From: Raillietiella orientalis
Lineage: Eukaryota
Assembly (NCBI GenBank): GCA_036172245.1
Contig: JAYWIR010000031.1
Coordinates: forward strand, 1,674,001-1,738,000
Length of the DNA stretch: 64,000 nt
Direction of reading: 5' to 3'
Part shown: piece after piece, positions 49,219-62,229 of the stretch
Position numbering within the stretch: the stretch's first letter is position 1
How the letters are laid out: every line of letters begins with the position of its first letter
The notes under the pieces: model-generated
The model's input: the letters and a program-made list of their open reading frames with translations, nothing else
The model's database searches: none
What the model was told of the DNA's origin: nothing
Program-made: the position numbers and the translations under genes

Positions 49219-50366
49219 GTTCATAACGTGGATTCACGACCGGAGTTTGTGGCAAACCATGGATTGGTCCGAACGCTCCTCAAAATATGCGCTTCCCGTG
49301 AACAGAGCAACGGCTGCTTGTGCTCAGGATGCATTTGTGCGAAAGATAACTGGAAGCTGTGCATCAAAACCTTTTCTTTTCTCCAAGCGAAAAGAAAAGA
49401 AAAAAGAATCAGAATCAAGAAGCGGATGAAATCGGATTGAGTGTGCGTTTCCATTGAGTTATCCACCTGCCATCTGATTTGCAAAACAAAATGGCAGTCC
49501 GACGTTGCATTCATTCATGGAAACCTTCGAAGTAGGAGGAACCAATGAGAATCCTCTAAGGGAACATGTGAATGGTGGGAAGTGCAAGGCAAATGAATTT
49601 CGTTCTGGAATCTTCTGCAAATGCTCGGCAAGGGAGCTGAAGAATACAAACAGAAAGAGTGTCATTACACAGGGAGAAGATTAGGAAAACCAATTCGAAA
49701 GATTTCTAATGATAAAAGTAATATGGGTTCTCTTCCCCAGCAGCGGCTGAAAGCCGAGGAATCAACTGCGGCTTCATGTTGACAAATTCAACAGCGTAAT
49801 GGGTTTCAGAAGAGATATCGTGGCTACCTCGGATACCTCCCAGTGTTAAGAAACACAGAAAAACAGGCTTTCTTCCCGTCTTCATCCAAGGGAAAAGCAC
49901 TGCGCCAGCAGCCGTGAGCAACACTTTCTTTTGCTTCTTGTGGCCTCAGGGACCGATCTACTGTTGCCTCGACTTCTTTTCCTCTTTCTCTTTTTGGATT
50001 AGCGGAATCATCGGATTTAGCTGCTTCGAAGTTTCCACTCGTTTAGCTCACGCAATACGACTGCCATCTTCTTATCCCCTTCCACAAGACAACCGAAGAG
50101 CAAACCAATCAAGGATAAACGAGCTGTGGCTCTTCAATGCTATGCTCGTCGGTTGTTCTCCAGCATCCGGTACAGGGCTGCTAGAAAGTTTCGTGGGAGG
50201 GGAAGTTATGTGTTTCAAAGTTCATCTGATCACGGTGCCACGCGTTCCACGGAAGCAGCATCGCAGATTGCTGCCTGTGCAAAGACCACATGCAGCGTCT
50301 GCGTGCCACTCGAAGAACTCTTTTTTCGTGAACTACCGTTTCGCTGCTTCTGAAACATTCGAAAAA

Positions 50367-50593
50367 AGAGGGTCGCTTATGACCCACGCAGCTTGGAGGA
50401 AGATCTGCAAGAAGGAGGAGCGACCCGAGAAATTGCGTTGCGAAGAAGCTTTGGAAGTGGTTACCTGCTAGATCCGTTGGCGAAAGGCTGCGATGCTGAT
50501 TGGTGGCCTGATAGGAAAGAAAGTGTACAAGAAGGCAAAGGAGAGGAAAAATGCGCTTTGGAACCTCAGGGATCCCATCCTGACTCCCGAGAA
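50367..50593 (+). repeat. 227-bp direct repeat copy B (continues into RLE-like sequence to about 50770)
   Basis: Same-length partner of 48992-49218. Confidence 0.85.
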
Positions 50594-51177
50594 ATTTTGC
50601 ATCTTTTGCATGTTCCTTCGCAAGTGCAGGGAGCTTCAACCTTTGTGCCGCAGGGCTTTTCCGATGACGTCCACCTTGACGCTCGATTTGAGGGATCGAA
50701 ATTTTCGGTCCTATTCCTAGGATCTCGAACTTCTCGGGCTGCTCTCCCTCCCGTGCATCCCCGTTTTAAAGAGTGATTGCTTTTTCCATGCAGAGGTCTC
50801 GTGCCAAACTTTTTCTCCCTGCAGTCTGACATGTCTGATGCTGAACCTCTGAATCGGTATTCCTTCCTTAAAATTCCTGTAGTATGTGTTTTCCGAGATG
50901 CTCAAACAGATCACAAAGGCAAAGCTCCTGTTTGTTCTCCTGGGATTTATTAAGGAATCTCACTTTGAGTAGTACTGTTCAGAATGCTCTTCTTATCTCT
51001 AGTATCTCCTGGAAGCTAGTATTTTGTCCTACAATAAACGTCCTTTCAAATCATTAGGACGTTTGTTTTGTTTGTTTGCTTGTTTTCTGGTTTCGCGTTT
51101 AGTTCTGTTTATTACGTTTCCTATTTTCCTTTTTCTGCCTTCGGTGATGACTCTTTTTTAAGAGCTGTTCTCTCCCT

Positions 51178-51213
51178 ACAGAAAGTAGCAGAAACTCTTC
51201 TGCTACTTTCTGT
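51178..51213. repeat. Perfect 16-bp hairpin with a 4-nt loop
   Basis: ACAGAAAGTAGCAGAA-ACTC-TTCTGCTACTTTCTGT. Confidence 0.9.
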
Positions 51214-53473
51214 CTAAACGAGGCATCCCGTTATACGCATGGATTCATTTGCTGACAACTTTGCTAAACATTTGATCTGGATGCTCGAGATGATTGCATG
51301 TTTTCATTTTTTCCATGACGTGTCTCCTAACACTTTGGAAAAATCCGTGCTCATTTTCGAGTGCTTTCTAATATGCTCATTATTTATAAGCAAACTGCAG
51401 CATAAGACAGCAATCCCGACAACAAGTAAACAGTGGTGCCAAGCTCTATTTGTCTTGAAAAGTGGTCGCCTTCTGCAAATTCAAGAACCGCGAATTTTAG
51501 CTTTTGCGAGGATCGCGAGAGTCACTTATGTAAAGCAATGACGGTGTACACTTAGTGCGCGGTTCCTATGGAATGCAATCCGTGTTTAATTACACGCGCG
51601 TGCGCCTGTGCATCCGCGAATCGCAGACTCTGCTTCCGTCGCTCCGTTAGCAACGAAGCGAATCTCACTCTGAAGCGTGAGGAGAAGATGTGCAGAGAAT
51701 CGAGGGTTTCATGAAGAAATTCGACCAGAACAGCCATGGAAGCTCGCACCGAAAAGCATCGGTCGTCAAGGCACGAAGTCCTTCTTTCGGTAAGCAGACA
51801 AGGAGGCCAAGTTTCCTGTAGCCGCATCTGAGATAAGTCATCTAACCGAGAAGAACGTCGGCTCTGTCTTCGGCAGGTCTCCTGATGAGTTTCAAGATAG
51901 GTTGATGCCAATGCTGATGAAAACAGCTTGTCTAAGGGGGTCGACGGAGAGCGGGCTGTACGTGTAACCTATGCAGGCAGAATGCTCCACCACAAAGTAT
52001 CCACGAGGCGCTGTAAAGTTTCGCTGCCGCAGTTAACGACAAGAGCAACAGTGCAGCCTCTTTCTCTCCACGAGCTGTTGGGAAAGAACCAAAGTTCATG
52101 ATGCGAGGAGCTCTTTGAGTCGTAAAGTAGACCACATCATTAGGCGAGTAATCGAAGAATGAGCTGTAATGTCCAAGATACATCTGGAATCCTCCATCCA
52201 TGCCATGAAAGTCCTCATAACTCTGCTTTCAAAATCTATAAATGAAGCGATGAGTCCCTCAGCAGTGTTCTAAAGTTCATCCTCGATCGATGCAGCTAAT
52301 CAATTCACTTCTCTGCCTATTGATTTTTCTCATTAAGAAATGACAAAGAAGTCACTAGAAGCATTATCGGATGCAGAAACAGTAATTGCTTTCCTCTAAC
52401 AAAAACTCCACTGTTCTGATGAGCCTGTAGGATAAAAAAAAGGAAGCGCAGAGCTTGGGTGTAGCAATCGAAACTGCAGCTAATGGAAAGGACAAAAAAA
52501 ATCGGAGCGAACACGGGTCATCCAGCATCATTGGTGGAGCTATGAGCAATGGGAACCGAAGCCCTTGAGACCGAATTAAAAAAATCTCTTGCATGGATTA
52601 GTTGCAAAATGCTTCTTGACACTAAGAAAAAAAAAGCAATTTATCGGACCGAGCCGATAAGAGACCTGATCTAGAGATGCAAGGATCTCCTGGAGAACTT
52701 CACGAGACCTCAGCTCTTCAGAAATCACTTATTGCCTTCGAGACGCATAAATAACAGAAATCTATAGCTGGGAATGGAGAGTGGCTTAAGGACATCTCAC
52801 CACTGTCCCATTCATTGCTTTACCGATGATAAAAATCCTTTAATGGGATGTCTGATGGATGGCCATGTCTTCTGACGCTAAGCAATGTATTAATCTCTGA
52901 TGCTCCAAGGAAACTATTAAATCAATGGGAATATCATGGAAGTTTTGCTGTTTCATATTTTATTCAAAGATCCCTTATTCAAGATCGATGAAGAGAAAAA
53001 AAAGGAAGCGACGGATGTAGAAAATTCCTATCCCCTTATTTTCTGGATGGGGCTCCGGATGTGAAACACCACCGTGATGTACGCAGCCACGCGTACCAGA
53101 CTGATCACCTTAACGATAGTCACCGAACCCTAAAAAGGCGACCACGCGACTCGCGTGGCCGAAACTTCGCCTCAAATGTGGCGAATTAATTTGCTAAACA
53201 TTTGGACAATTATAAATCTCCAATCCCTTGCCAGAAACCTTAATGTAAACGTCATAATTCACATCGGGTGTGAGTACACAAAATCGAATAATAATTCATC
53301 AATCGGAAAATCTTATATTACGTAATATATGTGTTGATGACCGTTTCAAACGAAATCGAATCAAAGATTCATGTGATTTTAGATATACAAAGTGGGTGCA
53401 GACCTCCGTTTCACTCGGATTCGCATAACGCAACATAAAAATGACCACTGTCCTCGTTCGAATTTTAGTACAT

Positions 53474-53575
53474 GTACCACCGAAGCAGGTACATATACTA
53501 ATATATACTTTCCTTGTACAACCGGGTAAATGGCACCCGCACTAGGCTGGGGATAACTTTGAATTTCGTGAGGCG
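53474..53575 (+). ncRNA. U6 snRNA-like sequence (divergent variant or pseudogene)
   Basis: A 19-nt 5' stem-loop GTACC..GCAGGTAC is followed by ATATACTAA. ATGGCACCCGCACTAGGCTG matches U6 ATGGCCCCTGCGCAAGGATG at 15/20 positions, and AATTTCGTGAGGCG resembles U6 AAATTCGTGAAGCG. Order and spacing are U6-like, but the ACAGAGA box is absent. Confidence 0.55.
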
Positions 53576-53583
53576 CCGTCGGT

Positions 53584-54500
53584 TCAGCTGCTTTGCTGGA
53601 AAGGAAGATGGGTGGACGGTTTAAGCAGGTCGAGTCCCACTCTTCTCAGTTTTTTGCCAATGCAGCAGAGCAAGAAAATACAGAGAAATGAAACCACACA
53701 ATTGTTTTCAAACCGATTGCATATCTCCATGAAAACGAGGTGAGGCATGCGAGCTGAGCCCTGAAACACTAGGCGTTCACAGACGTCGTCGTACCACTGG
53801 GGAGAGGCCGCAGAGCGTACATCCGCTGCCGTGTGGATTGCGGCACACGAGGTGTGGTCGTGGAAAGTAGAATCCGTGATTCTGTGGCTCCGGCTTTCGG
53901 AGCCATTGTGGCGCAAGGAATACCTCCGGCGCGTCTCCTAAGGAACAGACTGCAGCAGTGGCATGAGGAGACCGCGCTGCCAGCGTCCACCTTGGACGGC
54001 CTATCGCCCAAGAAATAAGAATGTTTCCCATAGCAAAAGACTTTTTAAAAGTCCTCTGTCCTGTCGAGATGCGATGTCGAATTGTAGTTCCCTGACTTCG
54101 TGGAATTTCGCGCACATCATCCCGCTCGTTCTTGTCACTGTGCCCCTCACCATCATCACGTGACTTCCGGAGGTAGAAGGCAAGGCTGATCTCCCCGCTG
54201 GTCCTTTGGGAGGGTTTTCAGCTTGCTGAGCTCGTAGTGCAGGAAGACCGAGCAGCAACCGACCATCGACACGCAGAGGTAGGAGTCGCGCACCTGGCTC
54301 AGCGTGCTGCCGATGAAGATCCTCTGTTTCCTTTGGAGGTCGACCAGGATGAAAAGACGGGCAGCCAGAAAGCCTGGCTTCCCGTGTATCCTCTCTTGAT
54401 CTCAAAGTGCAACCCTCGATCTCCTTTTCAACCTTGAAGGCGTCTTCTGTGATGGACGCGTCCGAGCAGTGGTCGCGTTGCCACGCGAAGTAGGTCACCC
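53584..54500 (-). mobile_element. Decayed RLE-type (R4-like) retrotransposon 3' end
   Basis: RRYSLRHNG (RHN motif) followed by WYDDVC...ARMPHLVF (PD-like) in the expected order, interrupted by stops. Confidence 0.45.
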
Positions 54501-54681
54501 TGTCTTGGAGTACCAGGAATCCCCATTGTCAACCCACTGGGCACCGGGAGGAGCACAAGAGGTGGCTGAACTGGCATTTCTTCCAGAAATCCCAAATCTT
54601 CGGAGTGAATCTGCCACCTTTCACGGTCCTGAAGACGTTTCAGAAGGAGATTGAACTTCTCGAGTTTTGCAGGGTTGGCAG

Positions 54682-54846
54682 TTTAATATTATTATGTAAC
54701 AAAAATATTTTAATACATCATTTATTCATTACATATTTATATTGATTTTATTCCTAATTTTGATTGTGTTATTCATAATAAATCTTGAAAGTGGATTTAA
54801 AATATCCTTTGATTTATACCAAACCCCAAATGTTTTTTATAACAAC
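54682..54846. repeat. Second AT-rich island related to 46940-47080
   Basis: Shares AAAAATATTTTAA near its start and GATTTATA..CCCAAATGTTTTTT at its end. Confidence 0.65.
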
Positions 54847-54929
54847 TGGACTACACTCCAGAACATTCGATGACACTGTGCACTGCATCGCAGGGTGAAG
54901 ATGGTTACTGAAGCGAGCTAGGGAGAGGA

Positions 54930-55260
54930 TGCTGCGTGCAGCAAACTCATTTCTGGGGTGCTCACCTCTTCATCCGAAACTAGTGCTGCTGAAGAGAGGA
55001 AGAACAGTCACCGTGGGTGTTGCCTGTCCCTTCAAGAGCACCTCTACCGCGTTCAGAAGGCTCCAGAAAGAAGGCGGACCAAATACAAACACTCCGATAC
55101 CTTTCCCTCAACAGCAGATGTTCCGGGGATCGTCCGAGTCTACACATTGGCTATTTAGAGTTCCTCAAAATGAGAAGGTAGTACGAGAACCGAAGACCCC
55201 GCGGCTACGCTTCCACGAAATCAGGAGCCGTACGGCTGCGCTGATATCCGCTGTACATTG
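54930..55260 (+). mobile_element. Decayed Utopia/NeSL-like RLE domain
   Basis: PLHPKLVLLKRGRTVTVGVACPFKSTSTAF, then after a frameshift RRTKYKH, resembles RPDLV..DVACPFEN..AF...K..KY. Confidence 0.6.
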
Positions 55261-55699
55261 GACACATGGACCGCGACGTCCTCTCGACGAAGAAAACTTC
55301 CAGAACGCCGACGCTCAAGAACCGGCATCAAATGTTGCGGATAGGTACGGAGATTATTTGGGAGCGACTCCATAACATTACATTCACAGAACAAAAAAAT
55401 GGACATGGAGAGGAAGGAAGACGGCGAACATTGCAAAGAACGAGTGTCCTTCATTCTATGCAGCAGCCCACCATTCACTCAGCAAGTAGAGTTAATTCGC
55501 GTCTCATGTTCACAGAATTTTCAGCTCCTGCAAAAAATCGCCCCTCTCAGCATCTCAGGATCCCAACGATTGCGTGAACTGATGCATTTTCTCCAGAGGA
55601 CACTTCCAATATTTTTCTTCGTTTCACTCGTATGCATTCCTGAAGGCTGCTATTGCTCTTCTTTTCAGGACGAACTCACACCACTTTGCGTGGACTGGT

Positions 55700-58320
55700 G
55701 GCTGCTGGTGTGCAGTGGAAGAAGAGTTAATCGAAGTAATCACCAATCCACTCAAAGAAAGCATGAAAGTAAGCACGTCCCAGGTCCCTTTGTCCCTGAA
55801 TCCTTTCGGCATATCGCTTGTTACGGACCTGTGCGACCAATTTTTTACATTCTTCCAACGTATTTATCCCTCTGTGGTGTGGATTGTGGGGTGTCTGTTG
55901 TACATTGCGGAGCACGTATGTATGCACACCGGAATGAAGCGTTTAGCAACAAGTGAGAAAACTTCTCTGGTAGCTCCTGAAATCACATAACAGCGGCTGC
56001 ATAAGCCCTAAAAATATCTTTGCAGTTTCAATAGCATAAGAAATCAGTTTATGCGCACACAGTATCAAACATTGTCTGTTGAAAAACTTGGAAAAATTGT
56101 AAAGAGGAGCTGCTAATAGACTGTCTCTATCCCCTCTTTCAAAAGTGTTATTCAACAAAGGGAGAACCGATTTTGTGGTAGGTATGGAACACACATGATT
56201 TTGTGGGGAATGACTAAAGAATCTCCGTTAGGCTTCTCCGCTTCATTTTTCCTCTCCTACGCGAATGCATCACCTATCCATTCAGTGTGAACCTTTGCTG
56301 GACTCGCGCCGATTTCCACGGCAACGTAACCCTCAGACGAACATTTGGCAAAGCAACATCTGAGTTCATGCAGCCAAGAAGACCATAAGCTACCCCAATA
56401 GACAGCGACCCCAACCCCGCACTGCTACAGATTTTGTTTCTTTGAAGAGAGCAGCTTGCGTTTCCGAGAAGAGTTCGCTACGAACTTCACAAATACTGAC
56501 TGCCCATTTTGACTTTTTCGTGCTCAGAATAGCCCTCCAATAGATATTCAGGTTTACCCTTAGAAGGAAAAAGGACTCTTATTCGTTAGCCTTCAATACA
56601 CGATCATCATCTAATCTTCATTGCAATCTATGACATCTAATTGGTCGATGAGTGACACTTGACATCTTAGGTTCGGGCATTCCTTCATATTCTGAAGGGC
56701 TTCCATAGGGTTCCCTTGCATTCTTTCTGATTCCATGGTTCGTTCTCTTGGTGTGGCTGGACACAGTTCTCTGATTAGTTCTTCACTCGGTTTTTCGCGG
56801 TTCACCACCTCATCTCTTGTTAATATCATGGGAATGGATCGGAACAGAGAAGACTGTTGCTTTAAGAAATCTTTGATTCCACTGGATGCCATCTGGGGTT
56901 CTTGAAATTAAAAGATTCAATTCCTGACAACCACAGAGTCATCATTTTCTCTCCAAGATAGCGAAATGATGAATTGCACGTGATGAATGGCTACAAGCCG
57001 CACTGAGCATGCAATCATTTATTTCAACTGCCTGGTCAGAAGAGGTTCCCGAAGCAAATGGATCTTTCTTATTGAGGCTTCCACTCTTCACGGAGTGGTT
57101 CGGAAAAGTTCCTTGTTTATACCACATAAAGCACCCACAGCAGCATCTAAGGGACCCGGGGTGTCTGTAAACGACTATGCATAGCCATCTCGTTGTCCTC
57201 CCAAGAAGATTTTCGGAGAGTCTGAGAAGGCAGCTCGATGCATCCAGTCGCTGCAGTCGTCTGCTTGAACGTGAATCGAATGCCTATTTGCCTATTGTAA
57301 GCCAAAATCTAAAATCCGCAAGACGAGCTCACTCTTGATCATTTGAGAGCAAAAGTCATTTTTTAAATTCGTATTTTTGTATCATCATATTAATGAAGAA
57401 TGCATCTGTGATCTCATGCCAACTTGTAGCTGGGAAGGGAAGACAAAAGTACAAAGTCTCAATTTCGGAAAATGATCCATTTATACAGATTGCAGCCTTC
57501 CCTAGAGAGTCCTGATTCACTCAGCAGCACTGAAACGTGGTCAAGCATTGGAAGGGTGGTGAAAGAGAGATTGGCTGCTCTTGTTCCGGTTGAGATGTGC
57601 GAAATCAATGCTATTTTCGTCTGAACTGCCATGAAAAAGGAAAAGCTCAACGTATTTCTCTATCCCTACGGTGCTTCAGAAGCTGGTGAGTGCGCCCACC
57701 AGTGTTCCGGATGAACCTTCCGATACCTTTGCGGTTCGCCCTTTGCTTGCCTCTTTGGTCACCGGACTTAAGCTTTTGATGTTATGCTCTGAAATGCTTT
57801 TCGGCGGCAAGGATACTCGTTGCTGGGTCTGGGTTTCCCAATGAGTGCTCCAGGTCGGGTACTGCGCTTGGTTATTTGCGTCTTTGCGCCATGGGATGTC
57901 TCCATCAAGCGTCCCTTTGCAACTTGCCCGTTCGCCTTTTTCAAAACTCCGGAAGCCTCTTTGTACTTAAGAGAAAGTCAACGCCATGGGGAAAACGACT
58001 TCAGTGTCTCATTAGTGTAACAACAGTCATCCAATCCAAGACTGCAGACATCACGCTCCTGACACGGAAGCTGTGCGACTTTCTGAGGCTTGCATGTTGT
58101 CACTGAATGTGAGAAAAAACGGGACACGATGCCTCTCATGCGCGCATCTGAGCATCTCGGATGATCTGATGGTCCAGCTTCTCAGAACAGTCTATCTGAG
58201 ATTCTAATCTATAAATCTGAGAGATCTCACTTCCTGACAGACTCGAATGTGGTACCTTCATGACTGGAAGGGATGAAATGTTCCATGTAACTACCTGAGC
58301 GAGTGAATGATGAATTACTG
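55700..58320 (-). mobile_element. Heavily decayed L1/Tx1-like LINE ORF2 (APE to RT)
   Basis: VVTWNISSL (APE start), EALQNMK, ERGDRDSLLAAPLYNF and LISYAIETA are spaced like APE followed by RT motifs. Many stops. Confidence 0.4.
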
Positions 58321-61300
58321 GCGTGAAGAACTGATGTTCCACTGTAGTCTGCAGATTCAATAAGTGCATGTTGGATGGTTACGAGGACCAGAAATATCCA
58401 GGAATGAAACGCAGTGCTTCTCATCTTGCTTGCAGTTTCCAAATGATTGTTTCCGTGGATGATGGCCTTCAAAGTGAACTCAGATGCAAAGTGAGAAAAT
58501 GATTTTCTCGAAGTAGCGCTCCCTGAAAGGTATTTCAAGTCAAAGAATGAGAATAGCTTTCCTCTCAAAATTGTGAAAATTCGTCTCTTCCACCTTGCAT
58601 CCATTTTTTCCCCTCCTTCCTATATCTTCCTGTCGTCTGCTCGTTCCCACAAAGCAGCTTTCCCCTTTCTCCTATTCTAAGCTCAGCTTTCTATGGACCC
58701 TTTCTTTTGAGAAGAGTTCTTTCTCAACTTATTCCTTACATATGTTTAATGCCACACTCACGACTGCAAAGTCGACAGCACTAGCGCATCTTGTCCCAAC
58801 ACTCCAAACGCGAAGAGCGGTCCACAAAATGGATTGAGAAATGTAGGAGTTTGGGAGTCAGAGAATGAAATTCTAACTCCTGGGTTGTTTCATAACATTA
58901 CTTCCAGGATTCCATCCCTATCGCCTTATTTACATCTTTCCGCTCATTCCTGTTCTCTTGACGCATGGAAGAAAATTTTCCCAGCTTCCTTTTTTTTTTT
59001 TTTTTTTAATCACTTCCTGATTTAGTTTCTGTTAAAAGAGAATTATCTCTTTGACAGCAGTCTTAAGACTCGAGGTTCGCAGCAAAAGTCCCCATTTATA
59101 AAATTTAGAAGAGTTCTAGGGAAGTGTATTCCTGCACGGTGTTTCGGATGTGAAGATTACACAGTCTGTTAGCGGAGGTTGCACAACCGTCTGTGAAGGT
59201 GCCACTGGCAAAAAGCGTTGCCGGAAAGCAATTACAGATGCAATGATATATTGGATCTGTGCTAGATGGTTTACGTGAACTTTTAACTGATTGAATTATG
59301 GTTTCCCCTCCGTGTCCGATGGCATCGAGAGAGATTCTCTCAGACAAGATGAGGTGTCCAAGACACTTCATTTGTTTCCCAATCGTTGGTCTTCCCAACC
59401 TCTCTCGTGGCAGCAATTGGGTGGCTTCAGGGAAGGGGAAAGCGACCGAGTCTCTCGGGCACCAGCGAGGAATTCTTAGGTCTCCTCGCGTTGGCGCTCG
59501 CCGTCATATTCGGTCACGCCCTGAGAGCACCGAAGGCGTAGCACTAAAGTTCACATCATTCTCTAGCATCTAGATAAGACTAGATGAGGCGGTCATTGCT
59601 GCCTCTGATGGATACCGGTTATCTTCTTCTCGGAAGGAGCAGCAGAGGAGGAACTTCTTGGAGACTGTCAGGAGACAACCTTCGTTATTCTGCCTGTAGA
59701 TTTATTCCGGAGATTAAGACCCCATAAAGAAACCCAAAGAAAATGAATCTGTAAAAAAAATCCAAGAGGAACAATAAAAGGCGTGGATCTTGGATCTTCA
59801 CTTGCCCTCAGCTGATCAGATTTCTTCCTCAACCATTGGATTTCGCAAGCGGAGTTTGAGAAATCCAAGCACCGGATAACTGTTTAGTGACTTAGATAAG
59901 CCGAGAGGTTGCTTGGATCTTCTCGAGGCTGTCGTCATGGAGACCCCCTGAAAGGAGTCAGTCAGGACGTTCTGCTTCAGCTGCTAATGAGGAGTCTCCC
60001 GAGTTGACGGAGCAGAAGTCGTTACAACTCTCGGCGCATATCTCAAGAGGTCTCTAGAAATCCTTAGGAAGGGAAGCGACTGCAGGGTGGCTGGTGAGTC
60101 TTCGAAGTGCCAGCCAGATGCAGAGGGATAGGAGGGGAGCACATCGGAAACGCGGCAGAGCATCCTGCCAGCTGAGGCTTCCAGGGAGCTGGTCTTTGGT
60201 CTGGCCTCTGTTTCTGCCTCGACTTCCAGGACGTCTGCACTCCTCTTCTCTCACAAAGACTCGAGCAGAGACCTCGGGGTCCTGCGCCTGGCTGCATTCT
60301 TTCCGATGCTGCGCAGCTGCCCGCCCCGCCTCGCTGCCCCGATCTTTCCGGACGCACCTGCCGTCTTTTGTCCGAGCAATGAAAAGAAAAGAGGGACACA
60401 TGTTCCGCTCGCCCGTGCACCAGAGGTCCAGGGAAAGAGAGCGAGGGGAGGGGAGTGTTTTCAGCTGCGACGAGAGCGACTGCTAGCATCACGCGGAGAC
60501 GACTTGGAGTGGATCGGGGGGAAGTATCATCTCTCCACCCGGGGACCTCGCCTGGCTGCGCGCGCGAGCGGAGATCTTGGTGACCTTCTCGAGAGAAGGC
60601 TACCGTCGCTAAAATAAATAGACGGGTGTCCAGGACGGCCTGCGGAGATGAAGATGGAAGCCGAAGATGGAGCCAACAATGGAAATTCAAGAAAAAGAAA
60701 TGGGGTCATTACGGAGACAGGACCGGGGGCAGTGATCAAGATGGTTAAAGGAGGTGATTTGGAAGAAGAGAAAAAAACGAAACAAAATAGATCGGTTGGG
60801 AAAGTTACTTGTGAACGGAATTCAATGAATGAACGACTGCTGCTACCAGAACGTCTCTTTCGAACACCAAAGAAGGATTCCTTTGTTTCAAAGCGTTCCG
60901 AATCAAAAACGAATGGAATTCACGGAAAGGACCGTGGAGATAAAAAGAAGGGGGAGGGGGAGAATTGAAAATGATGGATTTTTGAAGGATTTGAACTGTT
61001 GGAGTCTGAACGATTTATGCCCTTGATTGACTTCAACTGATGATTTCCAGCTGCTTTTGGTAGCCGTCCCTCACACACGTCTGCGTTTCACTACCTAAGG
61101 ATGCAGGCGTTGCATTCTGGAGACCTCCGCCTACCTAACCATGGCTTCCACCTGCAGCTTTTCCCCGAGCTCCTTGTCGCTACCGAGAAGTCATCCCACA
61201 GCCACATCCCTGCGCGCCACGCTCCCTTCAAAAGTGTTTCCAGTACTTTGGGGAGCATCCCTGGGCTCGTGCGGATGCAACGTGGCACTACTCTTTTCAG

Positions 61301-62229
61301 AGCAGCGAGCGATCGCGGATCGCGCAGCTAGGCGACGCGAGTAGTCGGTCCATTCTGCATCGACCCCACCTGCATCCATGGTAGCGGGCGCATTTTCCCG
61401 TCTTGTGTAGCCGAAACGCAGTCCATTCGTAATTTCGTCCTTGACGTAACTCCCGATCGGAGTACCCCGCGAGTAACAAAAACCCTCGTCCCGGGGAATT
61501 TCCAGCCTTCCCTAATCTTTGCGGGAAATTCCCGAAAACATGCGTGGGAGAAAGGAAGATACGAAGGTACGGCTCTCGAATTCCGTCGCTAATTGAAACT
61601 CTCGGATGACAGCCGGAGCGGAGAATCTCGAAATTTCAGCCAATGGCAACCCTTTGATATGCATCCAACGTTTCGCAATTAGGGAGGAGACCCGACCAGT
61701 GGGTGGAAGCTGGTTCCACGGAGACCGTCCTTCCTCGGGAGACTCCTGGCGGCATTTCGACTCGTTCCAGGGAACAGGAATCTAATCGCACGCCGTCGCT
61801 CTCACTCTTCGTGCCATTCAATGAGGGGAGAAAGGCTCAACTGAAACAAAACGTGTCGTGTGTTCCAGATGATGAAAGCGAATGCTGTGACCATCGTCCA
61901 GTTCATCCTTGAACCGCATGTAGTGTCCGGTGAGTTTCCTTGAAGGTCTCAATAGATTATTCAAGCACGAGATGAAATCAGAAATCGTCACGAGTCCACT
62001 TCATTCATTCGAAAGAGACTCATACTGACCGGAGAACGCATCGATTCCCAGGGTGTGCTTGCGTGTTTGTGCGCACACCTTTGAGTTGACACCACAGGCA
62101 AAGAAGATTGGAGATGAAATGAGATGATCATTGTCAATAAACAGTTTCTTCTGTCAGTTGATTTTCCACCTCCTACATTTCTGATAGCAGTCGAGTAGGA
62201 ATCCGTTTCCGTCCATCCTCAGGTGTGGC

